Assembly: GCA_002311135.1 (NCBI GenBank)
Contig: DBZK01000041.1
Span: 10,824-74,823 of the forward strand
DNA length: 64,000 nt
Direction: 5' to 3'
Source: Dehalococcoidia bacterium UBA1162
Lineage (GTDB): Bacteria; Chloroflexota; Dehalococcoidia; GIF9; UBA5629
Shown here in pieces: positions 27,204-37,095 of this stretch. Every line of letters begins with the position of its first letter. The first letter of the stretch is position 1. Position numbers and translations under genes: made by a program. The notes beneath the pieces were generated by a model. That model made no database searches, had not been told where the DNA came from, and was given only the letters and a program-made list of their open reading frames with translations.

Positions 27204-28665
27204 TGTTGCTCCTCTCGCAGACGGGCGAAAATTTATTGTACCACGCAGCAGTCCTGGCCATGGCAAGGGCTGCTTTTTCTATGGAACGGAAGACAGGCAA
27301 GCCCGCGGCGACAAATGCTTCCTGTACCTTGAGAAACTCCTTCATGGCCGGCATATCCGATGCCGGGCCCAAAGCCAGTAGTACCGGCTTTTGCATTTCG
27401 TCATGCGCCCTGGCCAAAGCGTCTACTGCCGGTTTCAAAAACATATCACTGGAAACAAGGCCTTCTCCCCACCTGGTAACAGTATGGAAGCCCATGTGAT
27501 ACATTATCATATCTATAGCCGGTGATTTGCCGAGCACTTTCACCGTCCTGTAAATAGCGTCCGGAAAGATCAGACTGGTGGCATCCAGGGGGTTGGTGAA
27601 TATGGCTCCTGCACCCGGCAGGAAACCCCTCAATTCTTCGCTCACTGCTGCCGGGAAGGCAGGCAGCTCTAATCCGGCAGCTTCCATGTGGTCTCCGGCC
27701 TCCACGCTCGGCCCGCCTCCGACACCCAAAACTGCAATATTTCTACCTGTTGGATAAGGGATAGCAAAACGTAAGGCAACCAGGGCATCTATCATTTCCT
27801 GAACGTCGGTGACCTTTATGGCGTTGGCCTGGCGGCAGAGAGCTTCGAAGACCCTAACCGAAGAAGTCATGCTGGCAGTATGGCTCATTGTCGTCCTCAG
27901 GCCGGCCTCAGTGATACCGCCTTTGTAAATTACGACCGGTTTCCTGGCAGCCGCCTTTCTAAGAATGTCGCGGAAACGGTGACCCTCTCTAACACCTTCT
28001 ATATAAATAGCTATGATTTTCGTCTCCGGGTCGGCCGCAAAATATTCCAGCAGTTCGCATTCGTCAATATCCAGCGCATTGCCGTAGCTGATCACCTTGC
28101 TGAACGTCAGGCCCCTCGACCCTGCGTGAAGCGGCATATCCTGCGAGTGGCCTCCGCTTTGAGACATAAAGGCGATGCCGCCCGGCGTCATAGGCATTCT
28201 TGTAGCCAGAGTAAAATGTGCCCTGGGGATGAAAAGCCCCGTGCAATTCGGACCAATGATACGAAAACCTCCCGCCCTGGCTTTCTTAAGCATTTCCAAT
28301 TCAAGTTCGGCCCGTGCTTTGTCGCCACTCTCGCTGAAACCGGCTGTGAAGAAATGGACGGACTTGACGTGTTTTGCCGCACAGTCGTCCAATACCTCCA
28401 GCGACTTCTCAGCAGGTATACATACGACTACATGGTCCACCGGGCCGGGTATAGCCGACACGGAGGGAAAGCAAGGTAATCCGTATGCTTCCGTGTGATT
28501 TGGGTTGACGGGATAAATTACTGGAAAGCCGGCATCTTTGAGGGAAATAACCGCGAAGGTCGCAAAAGATATTGCATCCGGCGAAGCCCCTACAATAGCA
28601 ACGCTTTGAGGGTTAAAAACTTCATCCAGCGTAACGCCAGGTCTCTGCGACATGTCATTTATCAT
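27196..28665 (-). CDS. ADP-forming acyl-CoA synthetase alpha subunit (CoA-binding)
   Basis: SVAIVGAS, YPVNP, IIGPNC, SQSGG, YGNALD, SHTA (phospho-His) and NPLD motifs. Confidence 0.88.
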   Translation of the reverse strand: MINDMSQRPGVTLDEVFNPQSVAIVGASPDAISFATFAVISLKDAGFPVIYPVNPNHTEAYGLPCFPSVSAIPGPVDHVVVCIPAEKSLEVLDDCAAKHVKSVHFFTAGFSESGDKARAELELEMLKKARAGGFRIIGPNCTGLFIPRAHFTLATRMPMTPGGIAFMSQSGGHSQDMPLHAGSRGLTFSKVISYGNALDIDECELLEYFAADPETKIIAIYIEGVREGHRFRDILRKAAARKPVVIYKGGITEAGLRTTMSHTASMTSSVRVFEALCRQANAIKVTDVQEMIDALVALRFAIPYPTGRNIAVLGVGGGPSVEAGDHMEAAGLELPAFPAAVSEELRGFLPGAGAIFTNPLDATSLIFPDAIYRTVKVLGKSPAIDMIMYHMGFHTVTRWGEGLVSSDMFLKPAVDALARAHDEMQKPVLLALGPASDMPAMKEFLKVQEAFVAAGLPVFRSIEKAALAMARTAAWYNKFSPVCERSNNA

Positions 28666-28784
28666 ATCAACAGGTCACGTCATTATCAATAATTAAGGAC
28701 ATACATGACGATTAACCTGGCCCTGTTTGACAAAGCTATCAAATGGTATTTAAACTGTCGTGACCTTGGCAAAGGCGAGGTCGG

Positions 28785-29780
28785 TTGGTCCTTATGAAAA
28801 CAGTTGTAACCGGGGCGTCGGGCCACGTCGGCATTAATCTCATACGTGCTCTTATTTCCAAAGGCAGACAGGTACGTGCGCTGTCGCATCTCAGCGACAA
28901 AGGGCTGGAAGGCCTGAAGGTCGAGTACTCCAAAGGGGATGTCGGCAATATAAGTTCTCTTCTAGACGCGTTCGAAGGGGCAAACATTGTCTACCATCTG
29001 GCCGCTCACATTTCCCTGATGATGGACGACTGGCCACGTTGTTCGGACGTCAACATAACCGGGACAGCTAATGTGGTTGAGGCCTGCCGCCTTAGCCGCG
29101 TCAGGCGGCTGGTGCATTTCAGCTCTATTCACGCCCTGTGTCAGGAACCATTTAGCAAACCTGTGGACGAATCACGTCCGCATGTGGACTCCACTAAATC
29201 TCCGCCTTACGACCGCTCTAAAGCAGCCGGAGAAATAATAGTGCGGAAGGCAATCGAAGACGGGCTAAATGCCATCATAATTAACCCTACCGCCGTGGTT
29301 GGCCCATACGACTACAGGCCGTCGCACTTCGGGCTGGCGCTTTTGCAGATGGCCAAAGGTAAATTGCCCGTGCTCATCGAAGGAGGTTTCGACTGGGTGG
29401 ATGTACGGGATGTTGTCGATTACGCCATAAAGGCCGAGGAGAGAGCTCCGGCTGGTTCCAATTATTTACTGTCCGGAGAGTGGCTTTCAGTTAAGGAAGT
29501 GGCCGACATAGTAGCGAGCGTAATGGGGAACAAAGCTCCCAGCCTGGTATGTCCTATGTCCTTGGCACGTGCTTGTTCTCCTCTTGTAACGCTTTCCTCC
29601 CGATTGGTTGGGGCAAGGCCGATTTTCACAACGGCCTCCTTGAATGCACTGGTGAGCAACCATCATATCCTTCACGATAAGGCCACCCGTGAGTTGGGTT
29701 ACAATCCACGGCCATTCAGGGAAACCATAGCGGATACTATTCAATGGTTCAAAGACAACGGCTACCTTAATCCAAAGTAA
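28785..29780 (+). CDS. Extended SDR, dihydroflavonol-reductase/3-beta-HSD/HpnA-like
   Basis: TGASGHVG, YHLAA, HFSS, YDRSK, NPTAVVGPYD, VDVRDV motifs. The likely start is the ATG at 28794. Confidence 0.85.
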   Translation: MVLMKTVVTGASGHVGINLIRALISKGRQVRALSHLSDKGLEGLKVEYSKGDVGNISSLLDAFEGANIVYHLAAHISLMMDDWPRCSDVNITGTANVVEACRLSRVRRLVHFSSIHALCQEPFSKPVDESRPHVDSTKSPPYDRSKAAGEIIVRKAIEDGLNAIIINPTAVVGPYDYRPSHFGLALLQMAKGKLPVLIEGGFDWVDVRDVVDYAIKAEERAPAGSNYLLSGEWLSVKEVADIVASVMGNKAPSLVCPMSLARACSPLVTLSSRLVGARPIFTTASLNALVSNHHILHDKATRELGYNPRPFRETIADTIQWFKDNGYLNPK

Positions 29781-29783
29781 TTT

Positions 29784-30545
29784 ATGCTTATCGAAAGAAT
29801 ATATTACATTGTCTTAATAACCTGGCTGATGCTGTCGGCGGCGATTTTTATCAGCCTGTTTTTCATCGTCGCTCCTTATGGCCGTCATGTCAGGAAAGGG
29901 TGGGGGCCTGCGCTCGATAGCAAGCTGGCCTGGATTATCATGGAAGCCTGGTCACCCGTCATATTCGCGCTGTGCTTCGTCCTGGGAAAGGCCCCTGTGT
30001 CTATCCCATCGGTGATTTTCTTGCTGCTCTGGGAAGCACATTATATTCATCGTGCTTTCATTTACCCTTTCAGTTTGAAGAGCTCCAATGACAAAATGCC
30101 TTTATCGGTGGTGCTGTTGGGCGTTTTCTTCAACTTTGTCAATGCCTCGCTGAACGGATACTACGTTTTTACCTTATCGGGCGGATATTCCAATCAATGG
30201 ATGGCCGATCCGCGTTTTATCATAGGAGCGGTCATCTTCGTATGCGGATTCATCATCAACAGGCAGGCCGATTTCACCTTGAGTAAATTGAGGAAGTCCG
30301 GAGAGAAAGGATATAGCATACCGCGGGGCGGCCTGTATAACTATATATCCTGTCCTAATTACCTCGGGGAGATCATGGTGTGGCTGGGATGGGCCTTATC
30401 GACCTGGTCACTGGCGGGCCTCAGCTTTGCGCTCTGGACCATCGCTAACCTGGCTCCACGCGCCAGGTCCCACCATGCATGGTACCATCAGACGTTCCCG
30501 GATTACCCGAACAGTCGTAAAGCCCTCATACCCGGCCTCTGGTAA
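29784..30545 (+). CDS. Steroid 5-alpha-reductase family protein (SRD5A1/2-like)
   Basis: APYGRH, WIIME, HYIHRAFIYP, IPRGGLYNYISCPNYLGE, ANLAPRARSHHAWY motifs. Confidence 0.88.
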   Translation: MLIERIYYIVLITWLMLSAAIFISLFFIVAPYGRHVRKGWGPALDSKLAWIIMEAWSPVIFALCFVLGKAPVSIPSVIFLLLWEAHYIHRAFIYPFSLKSSNDKMPLSVVLLGVFFNFVNASLNGYYVFTLSGGYSNQWMADPRFIIGAVIFVCGFIINRQADFTLSKLRKSGEKGYSIPRGGLYNYISCPNYLGEIMVWLGWALSTWSLAGLSFALWTIANLAPRARSHHAWYHQTFPDYPNSRKALIPGLW

Positions 30546-30551
30546 TAGCAG

Positions 30552-31655
30552 TCATTTAATGACATCAACAAAGACATGGTTGGAGGTAAGTATGCTGCCG
30601 GGCGCCAGCTTATACCTTTTACCATTCTTAACCAGCTTTTTTTGTCCGGCCAAAATATTAAGCCGCTTTTCAAGGTCTTTAAACTCGTTCAAGCCATATC
30701 GCATGGTAAGCTGTCCAGTATCCAAGCCCTCTTCCAGTAGCCTGAGCCGCAGCATGGCCTCTTCGGCCATTTTAGTTTCTGCATCGACGATATCTTCCTC
30801 GATCCCTGCAGCCAACGGATCATCCATATAAGCATGCAGATTTGCCTCGTTTTTCCACCGTCTTCCACCGACATGGGAAGCGGCCGAAGATCCCAGTCCT
30901 ATATACTCGCCACCCCTCCAGTAATTGAGATTATGTAAACATTCTTTCCCCTGAAGGGCAAAATTGGAGATCTCATAGTGGATAAAGCCATACTCCTTCA
31001 AGATGCCGGCCACACGTTCATACACCGACGCCTGGAACTCGTCATCGGGCAAATCAGCAGGAGGGCAGGCTGCAAAGGCTGTCCCTTCCTCGATTGATAG
31101 GCAATAGACTGATGCGTGAGTCAACCCAATCCCCACAAGTTTCCGCAGTGTATTATCCAGGCTTTCAACTGTCTGACCGGGAAGCCCGATGATTATATCG
31201 GCTGAAACATTATCAATGCCGCAATTAAAGGCAAGTTCGATAGCCTTCAGGGCCTGTGTACTGGAGTGCACCCGCCCGGCTTTCTTAAGTTCATCATCGT
31301 CAAGAGACTGGACCCCAATGGAAATCCTGTTAAATCCTATATCCCGCACCATCCTGAGAAAATCCTCATCCGTTGATTCGGGATTAGCCTCGATAGTAGC
31401 TTCGAGAAGACAATCGATCTGTAAATGGCTCCGCAGGCCGTCCACGAGGTCAGCCAGCCTTCGCGGCCCCAGCAAACTGGGCGTACCACCACCCACGTAC
31501 ATGGTCTTGAAGGACGTGCCGCCGTACTTCTCAGCTTCCCGCACTACTGCTGACACATAGCCCTCAATCAGGTCTGTCTTCCCAGCCAGCGAATAAAAAT
31601 CGCAATAGCGGCATTTGCTGATGCAGAACGGGATGTGGATATAAAGACCCCTCAT
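30552..31655 (-). CDS. hemW: Radical SAM heme chaperone HemW
   Basis: LYIHIPFCISKCRYCDF, GGGTPS, YEISNF, HNLNYW motifs. Directly downstream of lepA. Confidence 0.9.
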   Translation of the reverse strand: MRGLYIHIPFCISKCRYCDFYSLAGKTDLIEGYVSAVVREAEKYGGTSFKTMYVGGGTPSLLGPRRLADLVDGLRSHLQIDCLLEATIEANPESTDEDFLRMVRDIGFNRISIGVQSLDDDELKKAGRVHSSTQALKAIELAFNCGIDNVSADIIIGLPGQTVESLDNTLRKLVGIGLTHASVYCLSIEEGTAFAACPPADLPDDEFQASVYERVAGILKEYGFIHYEISNFALQGKECLHNLNYWRGGEYIGLGSSAASHVGGRRWKNEANLHAYMDDPLAAGIEEDIVDAETKMAEEAMLRLRLLEEGLDTGQLTMRYGLNEFKDLEKRLNILAGQKKLVKNGKRYKLAPGSILTSNHVFVDVIK

Positions 31656-31663
31656 TCGGACAA

Positions 31664-33454
31664 CTACTCCTCTATTTTCATGAGTGACAGGAAAGCTTCC
31701 TGAGGCACTTCCACAAAACCCACCATCTTCATTTTCTTCTTGCCCTCTTTTTGCTTCTCCAGAAGTTTCCTCTTGCGGGTGATATCGCCGCCATAGCATT
31801 TGGCGATCACGTCCTTTCTCATGGGGAAGATATCCGCCCTGGCTATTACCTGTGAGCCTATAGCAGCCTGTAGAGGTATCTTGAACTGGTGCCTGGGAAT
31901 GACCTTGCTCAGTTTATAAATCAGGGCCCTGCCTTTGATGGAAGCCCCTTCTTTGGGAGATATATAAGACAGGGCGTCTACGGCGCTGTTATTGACCAGT
32001 ATATCCACCTTGACCAGGTCTGCCGAACGGTAGCCGTTCATTTCATAGTCCATACTGGCATAGCCGCGGCTAACGCTCTTCAACCTGTCGTAAAAATCGG
32101 TTATCATCTCGGCCAGCGGCAGGTCGTAGACCAATATAGCCCGCTTGTCGTCAGGATGCTCAATGCCGACCAGCGAGCCACGTTTGGCTTCGGCCAGCTC
32201 CATGCATGGTCCAACAAAACCGGAAGGCACGATAACGCGGGCACGGATCATTGGCTCTTCTATATGCTCGATCTGGCCTTCGGGAGGGAATTTTGAAGGG
32301 TTATCCAGCATCAACGTTTCGCCATTTTTAGTTGCAACCTTATATATGACGGACGGCATCGTGGCAATAATATCCTGTTCGTATTCCCGTTTCAGCCTTT
32401 CCAGTGCAATTTCCATATGCAACAAGCCCAGGAAACCCATTCGGTAGCCATAGCCCAGGGCAGCCGAAGTTTCTTTTTCAAAAGTAATTGACGAGTCGTT
32501 AAGCTTGAATTTCTCCAGCGCTGCTCCCAGCCTGGCATAATCGCTGGTGATAATGGGATAAACACCACAATAAACCATGGGCTGAGACATCCTGAAACCC
32601 GGGATAGCCGGGACCTCGGGATGGTCGGCGGATACAACCGTATCGCCGACATGGATTTCACCGGCATTTCTTATAAGGGCCACTACGTAACCTACATCGC
32701 CGGCGTTCAAACCGGCAGCCTGCGTCAGTCCCAGGCTGAAATAGCCAACCTCCTCCACTTCGAAGACCTTCTCCGTGGATTTAAGCATGATTTTATCGCC
32801 TGCCTTCAGGCTTCCGTTAAAAACACGCAGATGCGGAATCACCCCCCGGTATGCATCGTAAAAGGAATCAAATATCAGGCATTTCAGCGGATCGGATGAG
32901 CTGCCCTGTGGGGGGGGAATCCTGTCCGCTATGGCATCGAGCAGCTCCAGCACGCCGGTGCCCTCTTTGGCTGATACATGCAAGATATCTTCGATATGCA
33001 ATCCCAGCATCGAGTATAGCTGCAGGCTGCAGTCGTCCACCATGGCATTAGGAAGGTCGATTTTATTGATAACCGGTATTATCTTCAGTCCAGCATCCAG
33101 GGCAAGGTTGGCGTTGGCGATGGTCTGCGCTTCGACACCCTGCGAGGCATCTACCAGCAATACTGCTCCCTCGCAGGCCATAAGGCTGCGAGATACTTCG
33201 TAATTAAAGTCGACATGGCCCGGCGTATCGATCAGGTTCAAGATGAATTCTGCGCCGCCAGCCGATTTATAGGGGATCCTGACCGACTTGGCCTTGATGG
33301 TAATGCCCCGCTCGCGCTCAAGGTCCATGCTGTCCAGCATCTGCTCCATGCTGGCCTTTCTGATCAGCCCTGTAAGCTCGAGTATCCTGTCGGCCAGGGT
33401 CGACTTTCCGTGGTCTATGTGGGCGATTATGCAAAAGTTACGGATGTTGTTCAT
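31664..33454 (-). CDS. lepA: Translation elongation factor 4
   Basis: IRNFCIIAHIDHGKSTLADR and KCYGGDITRKRKLLEKQK. Confidence 0.98.
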   Translation of the reverse strand: MNNIRNFCIIAHIDHGKSTLADRILELTGLIRKASMEQMLDSMDLERERGITIKAKSVRIPYKSAGGAEFILNLIDTPGHVDFNYEVSRSLMACEGAVLLVDASQGVEAQTIANANLALDAGLKIIPVINKIDLPNAMVDDCSLQLYSMLGLHIEDILHVSAKEGTGVLELLDAIADRIPPPQGSSSDPLKCLIFDSFYDAYRGVIPHLRVFNGSLKAGDKIMLKSTEKVFEVEEVGYFSLGLTQAAGLNAGDVGYVVALIRNAGEIHVGDTVVSADHPEVPAIPGFRMSQPMVYCGVYPIITSDYARLGAALEKFKLNDSSITFEKETSAALGYGYRMGFLGLLHMEIALERLKREYEQDIIATMPSVIYKVATKNGETLMLDNPSKFPPEGQIEHIEEPMIRARVIVPSGFVGPCMELAEAKRGSLVGIEHPDDKRAILVYDLPLAEMITDFYDRLKSVSRGYASMDYEMNGYRSADLVKVDILVNNSAVDALSYISPKEGASIKGRALIYKLSKVIPRHQFKIPLQAAIGSQVIARADIFPMRKDVIAKCYGGDITRKRKLLEKQKEGKKKMKMVGFVEVPQEAFLSLMKIEE

Positions 33455-33544
33455 TTCTATTATTATGCCGGAGGGAATGTCCCTGAATTAATCTTAGTGG
33501 CTTTCGACCCGGGAGCAAAACAATCATTGTTGCAGAGATATAAT

Positions 33545-33589
33545 AACAGCAGGACAACCGCCGTGCCAGTGAGCAGTCGTCCTGCTGTT
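33545..33589 (-). terminator. Long hairpin downstream of ppsA
   Basis: AACAGCAGGAC/GTCCTGCTGTT perfect stem, extended by G-U pairs on the minus strand. Confidence 0.65.
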
Positions 33590-33614
33590 GATTACCTTAG
33601 AAAAATAGGATCAG

Positions 33615-35909
33615 CTAAGTTCCCGAGTTCATTTTGCGCATCATTTTAAGCAGCATGCGCTGTTCGGCAGCCGCCACATTGTGCCTGGTTACGTTAATGA
33701 CGTCGGGATTCACCGATACGGATGTAATACCCCAGTCCACAAGTTTTTCCGCAAAGTCGGGGTAGTTGGACGGCGCCTGCCCGCATATCGAGCAGGTGAT
33801 GCCCATCCTTCGGGCAGTCCCTATAATTTGCCGGATAGCGTCCAGGACAGCCTTGTCCCTTTCATCATACAATGGGGCACATACTTCGCTATCCCTGTCC
33901 ACGCCCAATACCAGTTGTGTGAGATCATTGGAGCCAATAGACACGCCGGTTATACCCGCTTTAACGTACTCTTCCAGCCAGTAAACAACCGAAGGTACCT
34001 CGGCCATGACCCATAGTTCCATCTCCCTGTCATCAGCCAGTTCGCTTTTATCGATCAACTGCTTGCATTTCTTGAATTCCCACAAGGTTCGCACAAAGGG
34101 TATCATGAGGTGCAGGTTTTTATCCTGTTCCCTTACTTTAGCCAGCACTTTCAACTCGAGTTCAAACAGATCGGGATTCAACACATACCTGTAACAGCCG
34201 CGGAACCCTATCATCGGGTTTTGTTCAACCGGCTCATATTTATCGCCGCCGCGCAGGTTACGGAACTCATTAGTCCTGAAATCGATAGCCCTGTAAATCA
34301 CCGGCCTGGGATAAAATGCACGGGTGAAAATACGTAGGTTCCTGACCATGGAGTCGATGAACTGGTGGCTTTTGCCGTCTTCCATGAGCTGCCGTGGATG
34401 AATGCCGTCGCAGGCATCTATTACCATAAACTCGGCCCTGAGTAAGCCAACGCCATCCACGTCCTCTTTGGCAATCCTTTCCGCCTCGTAAGGCATTGCC
34501 AGGTTGACATACAGCTTGGTTGCCGTGACCAGGGGAGCCGGCCTGGGCATAATAGCCATGGCCACTTCTTCCGCACTCTTGTTCTTTTCCTTCAGTTTTC
34601 CTTCATACACAGTGCCATGAGTGCCATCTACGGTGACCAGCATTTTGTCCTTTAAGACTTTAGTGGCAGTCCTGGTACCCACTACGCAGGGAAGGCCCAT
34701 CTCGCGAGATACGATAGCAGCGTGGCAGGTCATGCCGCCGCCGTCGGTAACGATAGCCGATGCTTTCTTCATCAGCGGCACCCAGTCTGGAGTAGTCATT
34801 TCCGCTACTAGCACGTCACCACTCTCAAAACCATTATCCTGCATAGGAGATGAGAGCACCCGCACCTCTCCACTTCCTCGGCCTGGGCTAGCGCCAAACC
34901 CTCTAATCAGCTCTTTGCCTTCTTCTTCTGCAACCTCCTCAGCGGTTTTAATCAAAGTTGTTATAGGCCTGGACTGTACCATGTATATCTTGCTGCCCTC
35001 AATGGCCCACTCAGTATCCTGGGGGCTGCCATAGTGCCCTTCGATCTTAAGGCCCAGGTTGGCCAGATCCAGAATCTCAGCTTCGCTCAGCACCTGCTCC
35101 TCCGCTTCCTTCTTGGATAGCTTAACTTCCAGGTTTTGCCCCTTGTCGTCACGTATGATTTTAAAATTCTTGTGGGACAACCTCGTATCTTTAACTTTGA
35201 GGGTAGATTTCTCTACTTCATAATAATCGGGTGATACCAGCCCGCCGACAACCACTTCACCCAGTCCGAAAGCGCCTTCGATTACCAGGCTGGCCAAATT
35301 ATTATTGCTGGGATTAACCGTAAACATTACACCCGCTTTGTCCGAGTTGACCATTTTCTGTACAACTACGGCAATAACAGGCTCATCCAGAAACTCTTTT
35401 TTAGACCTGTAGAATATAACTCTGGCGCCGTATAAAGACGCCCAGCATTCCTTTACTTTCCTGATCAGATCTTCCTTCCCACGTACGTTCAAAAAAGTGG
35501 CATTCATACCGGCAAAGGATGCCTGTTCCGAATCTTCCATGGTGGCAGAGGACCTGACGGCAACGAACTCCGCCTTGACAGAATCCCTTTTGGAAAGTTC
35601 CTCGTATGCCTTGATAATCTCACTCTTTATTACAGTGGGCATATCCGCGCTAACTATCATTTCCTGTATCTCTTTGGCTTTAGCCTGCAAGGCCGCGGTA
35701 TCGTCGACATCCAGGCCTTCGATAGAGTGCGATATGCTTTGCGAGAGGCCGCTCTCGGTAGTGAAAAGCAAATACGCCTGTGCGGTGATCACAAAACCTC
35801 CAGGTACCGGAAGCCCGGCTTTGACCAGTTCTCCAAGGTTAGCGCCTTTGCCGCCCGCTTTGGCCACATCGGCTTTACCCAAGTCCTCGAACCATTTAAC
35901 TATCTCCAT
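33615..35909 (-). CDS. ppsA: Phosphoenolpyruvate synthase (pyruvate, water dikinase)
   Basis: GGKGANLGE, VAVRSSAT.ED, TCHAAIVSRE, GVGLLRAEF, SIGSNDLTQ motifs. Confidence 0.96.
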   Translation of the reverse strand: MEIVKWFEDLGKADVAKAGGKGANLGELVKAGLPVPGGFVITAQAYLLFTTESGLSQSISHSIEGLDVDDTAALQAKAKEIQEMIVSADMPTVIKSEIIKAYEELSKRDSVKAEFVAVRSSATMEDSEQASFAGMNATFLNVRGKEDLIRKVKECWASLYGARVIFYRSKKEFLDEPVIAVVVQKMVNSDKAGVMFTVNPSNNNLASLVIEGAFGLGEVVVGGLVSPDYYEVEKSTLKVKDTRLSHKNFKIIRDDKGQNLEVKLSKKEAEEQVLSEAEILDLANLGLKIEGHYGSPQDTEWAIEGSKIYMVQSRPITTLIKTAEEVAEEEGKELIRGFGASPGRGSGEVRVLSSPMQDNGFESGDVLVAEMTTPDWVPLMKKASAIVTDGGGMTCHAAIVSREMGLPCVVGTRTATKVLKDKMLVTVDGTHGTVYEGKLKEKNKSAEEVAMAIMPRPAPLVTATKLYVNLAMPYEAERIAKEDVDGVGLLRAEFMVIDACDGIHPRQLMEDGKSHQFIDSMVRNLRIFTRAFYPRPVIYRAIDFRTNEFRNLRGGDKYEPVEQNPMIGFRGCYRYVLNPDLFELELKVLAKVREQDKNLHLMIPFVRTLWEFKKCKQLIDKSELADDREMELWVMAEVPSVVYWLEEYVKAGITGVSIGSNDLTQLVLGVDRDSEVCAPLYDERDKAVLDAIRQIIGTARRMGITCSICGQAPSNYPDFAEKLVDWGITSVSVNPDVINVTRHNVAAAEQRMLLKMMRKMNSGT

Positions 35910-36014
35910 GGATAAACCTCCTGCAAGAATCGGACATATTTAACCTTTATATAATACTGATGATTTACAACAACCGCCCCGGAGATGGGAAATTACTACA
36001 AGCACAATTCGACT

Positions 36015-36992
36015 CTACGAAGATAGTATCGGCATAATCTTAAGAAACCGATGGTCTATTTCCTTTTTCTTTTCCCAGGTTTCCTTAAATGGAGTAAGGA
36101 TTATCCTGCCCTTCACCTCACCCACCGCCTGATCGCTCTTGCCTTCCAGAAGAGCATCGATAGCTGCAACTCCCAGGAAGCTGGCAAGTATCCTGTCCCT
36201 TGCCGTCGGCGAGCCTCCCCTTTGTATATGGCCAAGAGTACAAAGCCTGCATTCTATTTTCAATCTCAACTCAACATACTTGGCAATATTAATGGTGTCT
36301 TCCACCTGATTGCCCTCGGCGACCACTATTATGCTGCTCCTTTTTCCACGCTTGAAGCTTTCTCTCAAATTGTTGCAAAGCTTCTCCATATCCATTTTAA
36401 TTTCAGGAATGATGATTTGTTCTGCACCGCCGGCCAGCCCCACGGCAACAGCCAGGAAACCCGACTTCCGCCCCATGACCTCTACGAAGAAAACCCTCTC
36501 GAAGGCGCTGGCCGTATCGCGAATGCGGTCTATAGCGTCCAAAGCCGTGTTAACCGCCGTCTGGTAGCCAATGGTGTAGTCAGTGCCCCATATATCATTA
36601 TCAATGGTGCCCGGTACACCGATAAAGGCGATGTCACTCTCCTGACCCATTAAAGATGCGGCCTGGAAAGACCCATCACCCCCGACTACCACACATCCGT
36701 CAACATCTTCGCCTTTAAGGGCTTCAATGGCCTTCTTTCTTCCCTCAACGGAATACATGTCATTACAACGTGATGTTTCAAGTATCGTGCCGCCTTTCTG
36801 GATGATGTTGGCCACCGAACGCCTGTTGAACTTCTGAAAATCACGGCTGATTAGACCCGCAAATCCCCTGCGGATGCCCACAACCTCGACGCCGTGATAG
36901 GCTGCTCCTCGCACTATAGCCCTGATGGCTGCATTCATCCCAGGTGCATCTCCGCCGCTGGTCAAGAAGCCAATTTTCTTAATTTCCTTCAT
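36015..36992 (-). CDS. pfkA: ATP-dependent 6-phosphofructokinase
   Basis: TSGGDAPGMNAA, GGDGS, PGTIDND, EVMGR, LGHIQRGG motifs. Confidence 0.96.
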   Translation of the reverse strand: MKEIKKIGFLTSGGDAPGMNAAIRAIVRGAAYHGVEVVGIRRGFAGLISRDFQKFNRRSVANIIQKGGTILETSRCNDMYSVEGRKKAIEALKGEDVDGCVVVGGDGSFQAASLMGQESDIAFIGVPGTIDNDIWGTDYTIGYQTAVNTALDAIDRIRDTASAFERVFFVEVMGRKSGFLAVAVGLAGGAEQIIIPEIKMDMEKLCNNLRESFKRGKRSSIIVVAEGNQVEDTINIAKYVELRLKIECRLCTLGHIQRGGSPTARDRILASFLGVAAIDALLEGKSDQAVGEVKGRIILTPFKETWEKKKEIDHRFLKIMPILSS

Positions 36993-37095
36993 TATGTTAA
37001 GTTATCAATCAAGAAATCTAAAATTTAGCACATATTACACTGTCTTAAACAGCCCCGGCAACCCCATGACCATAATCATAACCTTTTATCCTGTT

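Noticed and set aside
31656-31799. N-terminal extension of hemW in the ORF track
   Set aside because: It overlaps the lepA 3' end. Homology starts at MRGLYIHIPFC.
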